Source of the DNA: Candidatus Buchananbacteria bacterium
GTDB lineage: Bacteria > Patescibacteriota > Patescibacteriia > 2-01-FULL-39-33 > JBAYJR01
Assembly: GCA_041665005.1 (NCBI GenBank)
Contig: JBAYJR010000004.1
Location: forward strand, 20,669 to 84,668
DNA length: 64,000 nucleotides
Direction: 5' to 3'
The notes beneath the pieces are model-generated. The model saw only the letters and a list, made by a program, of their open reading frames with translations, ran no database searches and was not told where the DNA came from. Below are positions 58,269 through 64,000 of this stretch, piece by piece; position 1 is the stretch's first letter; each line of letters opens with the position of its first letter. A program made the translations under genes and the position numbers.

Positions 58269-60248
58269 TTAAGAAAGTAAAAGTAATTGTTCCGTTAAAC
58301 TATTAAATTCTTGCAATAGTTGGTTGGTACTTTCGCCTTTGTTTTCCAACTGTTGAATTAGACCAGTTAGCTCCTGTAGCCGAAAATGCAAAAATCCTTG
58401 TTTAATCAATTTGACGGTTTGTTTTAATTCTTCTTTAATTTCTTTGGCCGAAAAGTTTATTAAATCCCTTTCCGCCAATAATAAAAGCGCCCCGACTTGG
58501 GTCGTCATCTGCGTTTGTAACTCTTTGGTAAGGTATGAAGAATTGGCCAAGATCTCTTGTTTAAAGGCCTCGCTGTCAAAAATTAGCGGGCCGCTGGCCA
58601 AAGATGCATTATTATTTCTATTTTTAGTATAATAGATTATTAAGCTTTTGTAAAGCTCCTGCCAAAACTTATCTAATAAGATTTCGGGCGATAAATTATT
58701 AATCAAATACTCCTGATATTCCGGAAATTTAAACGCAATCATTAGGGCTCGTTCAGCCAAAATGGCAATTCGAGTTTTTACTAATGGCTGAAAAGGCTTG
58801 ACCGTTTTGTCATCTTTAGGCCTAACCGTCGCTTTAGCACCCGGTAAAATTTCCCGCAAAATATTTTCTGAAACATTTAGAGTTTCGGCTAATCTTTTTA
58901 ACCAATGTTCGCGTTCCAAAGGATTACCAAGCTTGGCAATTATCGCCAACAAAGTTTTGGCGATTTGTTTTTTGACCTGCGGAGAATTTAAATCCGCCCC
59001 CACCACATTTTTTTCCCAATAATACTGCATAATTTCTTTGGCTTCCTGCACCGCTTTAAGCCAAGCGCTGGCGGAAGTTTTGATGCACTCATCCGGATCC
59101 TTGCCAAATGGCAAAATAATTACCTTAACATCCGCTTCTTGCTGTAAGGCTAAATCAATCCCCCGCCGCGCGGCGGTCTCTCCGGCCAAATCCGCATCTA
59201 AAGCAATAATTAAATTATTAGTATAACGTTTTAAAATTTTTATTTGCTCAGTGGTTAAGGCGGTACCCGAAACTGCCACCACATTTTTGGTACCCGCCTG
59301 CCAAGCGGCAATTACATCCATATAACCTTCCACCAACACTACCGAATCAAGTTTTTTAATTTCTAGTTTAGCTTTATCCAAATTAAATAAAATCGCGCTT
59401 TTGTTATAAAGATCGGTTTGGGGAGTGTTCATATATTTAGCCGAGCTTTTGCTCTGCCCGGTCGGATCCCACAATCGTCCGCCAAACCCGACCACGTTAC
59501 CGTGTAAATCATTAATCGGAAACATTACCCGACTACGAAAGCGATCATAAAAACCCACTCCCCGATCCTGTTTAACGGTTAAGCCGGCCAAAAAAAGTTC
59601 TGATTCGCTAAAACCTTTTTTCTTTAAAAAATTTTGCAATAAATCTGAGCTATCTGGAGCAAAGCCTAATTGGAATTCTTCAATGGTCTGATTGGTTAAA
59701 CGTCGCTCCTTAATTAAATAATCTAAAACTGATTTGGCCGAGGCTGATTCCCATAAAATCTTTTGCCAAAATCTAGCCGTTAAATCTCCAACATCCAGTA
59801 AGCGATTTCTTTGACTGGTGGAAGCAGAGTCAAAACTGGCCAATTTTACTCCCGCCTTATTAGCTAAAATTTTTAAAGCTTCCGGAAATTCAATATTTTC
59901 CATTTTCATGACAAAAGAAAAAATATCGCCACCTTCGCCACAGCCAAAACAATGCCAAATTTGCTTTTCGGTAGAGACCATAAAACTAGGCGTCTTTTCC
60001 TGATGAAATGGACACGGCGCTTTAAAGTTAGTGCCCGCCGGATTTAGGCGGATATATTCCTGCACTACTTCCAAAATGTCTAGTTTTGATTTAATTTCGT
60101 CAACTGATGATAAGGCCATAAAATTCAAGACTTGGCTGATCAACTTAATAAAAAATACCATCAGCCAATCCTGCCTATACTCTACTGAAAAAAACGAGTT
60201 TTGTCTACTTATCCAGCCTTCGACTGACCGGCTAAAAATGGCTGACAA
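58269..60248 (-). CDS. dnaG: DNA primase DnaG
   Basis: Zn-ribbon [30 protein letters not shown] and a TOPRIM region (VLVEGYMDV...DADLAGE). The track start is a TTG; the likely true start is the internal ATG giving [19 protein letters not shown] (near 60118-60120). Confidence 0.85.
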   Translation of the reverse strand: MSAIFSRSVEGWISRQNSFFSVEYRQDWLMVFFIKLISQVLNFMALSSVDEIKSKLDILEVVQEYIRLNPAGTNFKAPCPFHQEKTPSFMVSTEKQIWHCFGCGEGGDIFSFVMKMENIEFPEALKILANKAGVKLASFDSASTSQRNRLLDVGDLTARFWQKILWESASAKSVLDYLIKERRLTNQTIEEFQLGFAPDSSDLLQNFLKKKGFSESELFLAGLTVKQDRGVGFYDRFRSRVMFPINDLHGNVVGFGGRLWDPTGQSKSSAKYMNTPQTDLYNKSAILFNLDKAKLEIKKLDSVVLVEGYMDVIAAWQAGTKNVVAVSGTALTTEQIKILKRYTNNLIIALDADLAGETAARRGIDLALQQEADVKVIILPFGKDPDECIKTSASAWLKAVQEAKEIMQYYWEKNVVGADLNSPQVKKQIAKTLLAIIAKLGNPLEREHWLKRLAETLNVSENILREILPGAKATVRPKDDKTVKPFQPLVKTRIAILAERALMIAFKFPEYQEYLINNLSPEILLDKFWQELYKSLIIYYTKNRNNNASLASGPLIFDSEAFKQEILANSSYLTKELQTQMTTQVGALLLLAERDLINFSAKEIKEELKQTVKLIKQGFLHFRLQELTGLIQQLENKGESTNQLLQEFNSLTEQLLLLS

Positions 60249-60339
60249 AAATAGAGCCCCGAGCTCTGTTTTTACTAAACTGCTAAAACAATTACCAAAA
60301 CCTCATTGCTGAAGAGTTTTTATAATAGCTTTATGATCG

Positions 60340-60957
60340 TTAAAAATATTTTTTTAAAACATCGATCGCTCGGCGAAAAGCCTGACCACGATGATTAATA
60401 ACAATTAAATCTTTAGGATCAAGCTCGGCATTAGTTTTTTGGTAGTCAAAATCTTTAGCTAAAAAAATCGGAGCGTAGCCAAAGCTTTTATTACCCCGCG
60501 GAGTTAAGGCTATTTTACCTTCCCAAATTCCCGAAACTGTTTCCACAAATTTGCTTTGCGGATCATAAATGGCAACCGTACAATTATAATGGCAGTCACG
60601 CTGCTCAAATGGTATCTCTTTTAGCTCATTCAATAATTTTGTGTTGTTGGCTTGATCGGTTTTTTCTGGCGAATAACGGGCGGAAAAAACTCCCGGCTGA
60701 CCATCCAAAACATCAACGCACAAACCGCTGTCATCTACTAAGGTAACCAGACCGAGTAAATCACCGACGATAATTGCTTTAATCAAAGCATTCCCCTCAA
60801 AACTCTTAGCATTCTCTTTAATTTGTAAATCTTTTAATCGCTCAGAAAAATCAAACAAAAACTTAACAGTAAAATCCGTATCAGCAAAAATTTCTTGAAT
60901 TTCTCTAGCCTTGCCACGATTAGCAGTGGCAATTAATAATTCTTTATTTTTTATCAT
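60340..60957 (-). CDS. rdgB: Non-canonical purine NTP pyrophosphatase (RdgB/Ham1 family)
   Basis: LLIATANRGKAREIQEIF N-terminal motif and Ham1 fold. Confidence 0.75.
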   Translation of the reverse strand: MIKNKELLIATANRGKAREIQEIFADTDFTVKFLFDFSERLKDLQIKENAKSFEGNALIKAIIVGDLLGLVTLVDDSGLCVDVLDGQPGVFSARYSPEKTDQANNTKLLNELKEIPFEQRDCHYNCTVAIYDPQSKFVETVSGIWEGKIALTPRGNKSFGYAPIFLAKDFDYQKTNAELDPKDLIVINHRGQAFRRAIDVLKKYF

Positions 60958-61200
60958 AATATTTTATAACAATTCGGTTCGGACATTTCTGCTTTTTGCT
61001 ACCCCAAAACTCTTTCCATTAGTTAATGAATTGTGGAAATTATAATTTAGTAATCTGGCTTACTGCATCACGCCGAAGCCGAGCTACGGCGAAGCGAAGG
61101 CGGTGTAGTCGGGTTAAGTACCCGAGGTTACAAGTGTTATAAGGGTATTTTGACAGACTTTCAGAAATTTAATTGAGGTATGCGAGTCTCTATGTGTTGT

Positions 61201-61638
61201 TTAATTTTTTGGACGAGAACCTATTAAGTGAAATTTGAAACTGTCTATGTTATCACTATTGACCAACCCAATGTCTTTTCTAACTTCAATAACCAACTTG
61301 GTTAAAAGCTCATCGTGTCTACCAGGATTTTTTTGGTTATTAGAAAATTTAACATAATCATGAAATCCCAAAAGAGCTTTTATAACATCTTGAGAGGCAA
61401 TTAACGCTATGGAATTAAAGGCTTTTGAAAAACGTTGATTAGCATCTTCTTTGTCTGTGCCATCAATAGCTAAATCAGAAAGTGCGATAAATAGGTTTTC
61501 ATAATAAGATATCTTCCTCTTCCTCCATTCAGTTTTTATCTCATAACGTTTTGTTAAAAAGAAACCAAAAGCAGCAACTACTAAAGAGCCGAAAGTGCTG
61601 ATGATAACTACTACGATTTCTGTGCTTATTGTAGGCAT
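61201..61638 (-). CDS. Hypothetical membrane-anchored protein immediately 3' of tRNA-Ser
   Basis: ATG at 61636-61638 (the track ORF 61201..61764 runs through the tRNA gene). 145 aa with an N-terminal TM helix (IVVVIISTFGSLVVAAFGFFL). No family recognised. Confidence 0.4.
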   Translation of the reverse strand: MPTISTEIVVVIISTFGSLVVAAFGFFLTKRYEIKTEWRKRKISYYENLFIALSDLAIDGTDKEDANQRFSKAFNSIALIASQDVIKALLGFHDYVKFSNNQKNPGRHDELLTKLVIEVRKDIGLVNSDNIDSFKFHLIGSRPKN

Positions 61639-61664
61639 ATAGGTTGTACGATACTTAATTCTCT

Positions 61665-61753
61665 TGGCGGAGAGTGAGGGATTCGAACCCTCGAACCCTT
61701 GCGGGTTACACGCTTTCCAAGCGTGCGCACTAGACCAACTATGCGAACTCTCC
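61665..61753 (-). tRNA. tRNA-Ser (anticodon GGA), long variable arm, CCA encoded
   Basis: Manual fold: acceptor GGAGAGT/ACTCTCC, anticodon arm CACGC-TTGGAAA-GCGTG, long variable arm, T-arm GAGGG-TTCGAAT-CCCTC, discriminator G, CCA; 89 nt. Confidence 0.85.
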
Positions 61754-61805
61754 AAACAAAACAATTTTAGCCAAAATATTACTCTTTGTCCAGTCTTTAG
61801 TTTGA

Positions 61806-62189
61806 TTATTTAAGAAAATCTATATAAATGGCGTAGGCCATAGCAATAAATGAAAAAAAGAAAATAGCAATATAATTCCAACGAGCCAAACTAGTACTTA
61901 AGCTCTTGATGATATAAACTAACGCCGCTTTGTCTTCGGGGTTAAATTCCTGCGTGGCCGTCACCTTTTTGGTTAATTCTAACTTTTTAATTAACTCTTC
62001 CCGCTGGGTTTCTACCAACCAACGATGACCAAAATACCAAATAAAACCTACCGTGCCAACATACCAAGCCACCTCCACCCAAAACTGACTATAGTGATTT
62101 AAAACTACCACCAATCGATAAGCAATGGTGGCAATTACTCCCACCACAAAAATCCAAAAGCGATAAACTGAGTTACTTAACCGTACCAT
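61806..62189 (-). CDS. Hypothetical 3-TM membrane protein
   Basis: 127-aa hydrophobic ORF. Confidence 0.35.
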   Translation of the reverse strand: MVRLSNSVYRFWIFVVGVIATIAYRLVVVLNHYSQFWVEVAWYVGTVGFIWYFGHRWLVETQREELIKKLELTKKVTATQEFNPEDKAALVYIIKSLSTSLARWNYIAIFFFSFIAMAYAIYIDFLK

Positions 62190-62325
62190 ATACTTTAGTT
62201 ATTTTTAATTATTAACTTAATTATAGCATTTTTTAAAATTTTAAGCGGCTAGTCTAATTATCCTTAAAAAACTACTAAAAAGAGCGGCAAAACCTCGCCA
62301 CTCTTTTTATATTTATCCATCACTT

Positions 62326-62394
62326 TATACTTTTAACTTTCTACTTTCTGCTTTCTACTTTTTACTTTCAACTTTCTACTTTCCGTTTTCTATT
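62326..62394. repeat. Imperfect tandem repeat, ~14-nt unit (minus-strand GAAAGTAGAAAGTA x5)
   Basis: Plus strand ...AACTTTCTACTTTCTGCTTTCTACTTTTTACTTTCAACTTTCTACTTTCCGTTTTC..., immediately downstream of the stop of the DsbA-like gene. Confidence 0.5.
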
Positions 62395-63139
62395 TCAACG
62401 CCGCATCAATCGCGGTTTTAATCTGTTCAAATGGTACTGCCCCAGCAATTACTTGACCATTAATTACTACCGCCGGAGTTCCCTGAATCCCCGCCGCTAA
62501 GCCTTGCTGCTGATCCGCCTCCACCTTATCACCATATTTTTTAGCGGCATAGCATTCACTAAACTTATCCGTCGCTACCCCTAATTGTTTAGCTAGACTG
62601 GCATACAAGGTATCACTTAAAGCTGTTTGATTAGCAAATAACTTATCCACATACTGCCAATAAACTTCTGTCCCACTAATATTAGCGACGCATTCCGCCG
62701 CATTAGCTGCTGGCCGAGCGTTGGGATGAATTGAATCTAACGGAAAATTTTTAAAGACTACGCGAATTTTATTCCCATAAGTTGTTAAAGCTTGTTTAAC
62801 CGCGGGATGAAAACGGCCGCAATAAGGACATTGAAAATCTGAAAATACCACCATCGTAACCTTGGCATCAGGATTGCCAATAATATTATCGGCGCTGGTT
62901 ATTTTAATCTCCACCGGGCCAGTTACGGCCGCGGGTTGATTGACCGCCGCATTAACATTCGCCTTAACTACCGGTTTAGTGGTAGTACCGGTATTTTTGC
63001 CACCAACAAATAACACTAACAAAATGATAAAACCAACCGTGCTAATAACCGCTATACCGCCTAATAAACCCATAAAAAAACTAACTTGAGGCGTCGCCGT
63101 ACTTAAGCCACTATTGGCCTTTTTAAAAATGTTCCACAT
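62390..63139 (-). CDS. DsbA-family thiol:disulfide oxidoreductase, membrane-anchored
   Basis: N-terminal TM helix and a thioredoxin fold with a CPYC active site (FSDFQCPYCGRFHP). Confidence 0.7.
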   Translation of the reverse strand: MWNIFKKANSGLSTATPQVSFFMGLLGGIAVISTVGFIILLVLFVGGKNTGTTTKPVVKANVNAAVNQPAAVTGPVEIKITSADNIIGNPDAKVTMVVFSDFQCPYCGRFHPAVKQALTTYGNKIRVVFKNFPLDSIHPNARPAANAAECVANISGTEVYWQYVDKLFANQTALSDTLYASLAKQLGVATDKFSECYAAKKYGDKVEADQQQGLAAGIQGTPAVVINGQVIAGAVPFEQIKTAIDAALK

Positions 63140-63229
63140 AGAAAAATAAATTAATAATTAGTTAAATAATTATATCACAAAAATTATTGGCCAACAACTA
63201 GCCTAAAAATTTTGAGATTAAAAAGAAGT

Positions 63230-63955
63230 TTAAACAATTACCGCCCGGGCACCTAAAAGTATGCCCCGATTTCTGGCCACATAACTATTTATATAAGTTC
63301 CACCATTTATATTATTATAATAAATCCCTGGTACGACGCCACTCTTAAACTGAGAACCGTTACATAAAGTAATAGTATTAACATCTAAGTTCTGACCGGT
63401 TTCTTTTAAATACTTCAAACCATGAAGCAAGCGTTCTTCAAAAGTTTCCGTTGCTAACTTTTGATCTTTTATTTGTTCGCTAGATAAACCAGTTAATTCT
63501 TTATCGGGTTCTTGGCTATCACGCACCCAAATAGCATAAGCGGTTTTAGTGGTGCGATCAGAATAAATAGAATTAAACATAGCCGCCATATCAAATTCGC
63601 CATAAAGCTCTCCGCGATCAACACTTCTGGTTTTAGCCAAAAGCTGTTCAAAAGTAAGCCCTTGAGCCATAATCAGCAACCGATCAAAGCCCTCCTGTTT
63701 TTCAGGAATGGCCACATCAGAAAAGTCACACTCCAAATCCAAAACTTCTTGATAAAACTTTTCCCAGTCACCAAGGGGCAGACGTTCTCGAAGCTCTTTA
63801 AGGTTATGTTGTAATTTTAGTTTAAGTTCCCTAATAGAAACCAAATCCCCTGTCTTGCCTGTTTGAGGTAGACTAGATAATTCTAAATCAAACCCTGTTT
63901 TAAGCTGTTTGAGGGATTCTAACTTAGTAGTAAGAGTAGCACAATCTTTTTGCAT
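63230..63955 (-). CDS. Paralog family member 6: N-terminal module fused to an unrelated ~180-aa C-terminal domain
   Basis: MQKDCATLTTKLESLKQLKTGFDLELSSLPQTGKTGDLVSIRELKLKLQHNLKELRERLPLGDWEKFY... The 5' ~170 nt are conserved with the WD40 paralog; the rest has no similarity to other members. Confidence 0.6.
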   Translation of the reverse strand: MQKDCATLTTKLESLKQLKTGFDLELSSLPQTGKTGDLVSIRELKLKLQHNLKELRERLPLGDWEKFYQEVLDLECDFSDVAIPEKQEGFDRLLIMAQGLTFEQLLAKTRSVDRGELYGEFDMAAMFNSIYSDRTTKTAYAIWVRDSQEPDKELTGLSSEQIKDQKLATETFEERLLHGLKYLKETGQNLDVNTITLCNGSQFKSGVVPGIYYNNINGGTYINSYVARNRGILLGARAVIV

Positions 63956-63969
63956 AAAAATAAAATTTA

Positions 63970-64000
63970 AAAAACACTCACCGCAGTACGAACTCCAAAA
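63970..64000 (-). CDS. 3' end of a further paralog (domain-'A' type) running off the window end
   Basis: The minus-strand frame reads ...FGVRTAVSVF-stop (TAA at 63967-63969), matching the C-termini of the domain-A paralogs (GRFLVSIL, GRFAVSIS, VRFAVSIF). Only 10 codons are visible. Confidence 0.35.

Noticed and set aside
61639-61764. Track ORF extension of 61201..61764 through tRNA-Ser
   Set aside because: The N-terminal 42 codons overlap the tRNA-Ser gene. An internal ATG at 61636-61638 gives a sensible TM-anchored protein beginning right after the tRNA.
1-64000. CRISPR arrays, rRNA, transposases or integrases
   Set aside because: Scanning found only the repeat elements described above, with no regularly spaced direct repeats with unique spacers. 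No 16S, 23S or 5S-like conserved stretches and no recognisable transposase or integrase motifs were seen.

Overview
This 64-kb window is low-GC, tightly packed and dominated by minus-strand housekeeping genes. It looks like a small-genome bacterium using the standard genetic code. The gene content (split transketolase, AMP/thymidine-phosphorylase-family enzyme next to rpiB/rpe, a type IV pilus cluster, weak Shine-Dalgarno sites, many small membrane ORFs) fits a CPR/Patescibacteria-like organism. That placement is inference only.

Recognisable content:
- A truncated dcw cluster: murG, ftsW, murD, mraY.
- A complete type IV pilus/T2SS-like cluster: pilB, pilC, three prepilins, one large pilin-like protein, pilM, pilN, pilO.
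- Ribosomal proteins L27 and L9, a CtpA protease and murA.
- HIT, tatD, cvpA, metG, rsmI.
- uvrC, uvrA, uvrB.
- A pentose-phosphate/nucleoside-salvage operon: trxB, histidine phosphatase, AMP-phosphorylase-like, rpiB, rpe, plus split tktA/tktB.
- hup; leuA preceded by a Leu-codon-rich leader peptide and attenuator; an RRM protein; hemerythrin; dut.
- tRNA-Asn, rpoD, dnaG, rdgB, tRNA-Ser and a DsbA-like protein.

The main unexplained content is a seven-copy gene family, all on the minus strand. One copy is cut by the window edge and one has lost its ATG. All copies share a ~60-aa N-terminal coiled-coil module, MPQLCPELTTKLESLKQLKQQFDLEL...W-KFY, whose coding sequence and 5' flank are also conserved at the DNA level. 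That module is fused to unrelated C-terminal domains: a ~290-aa domain 'A' in four copies, ten tandem ~30-aa helical repeats with the motif GLDSxxAWEWR, seven WD40 blades, or a ~180-aa orphan domain. Three copies sit in tandem inside the normally conserved murD-mraY junction.

The second unexplained item is a GC-rich structured intergenic repeat of ~280-340 nt, present in two full copies. Its double-hairpin core recurs a third time with a compensatory base-pair change, inside a duplicated tRNA-Asn 5' fragment.

I saw no rRNA, no CRISPR array and no recognisable transposase or integrase.
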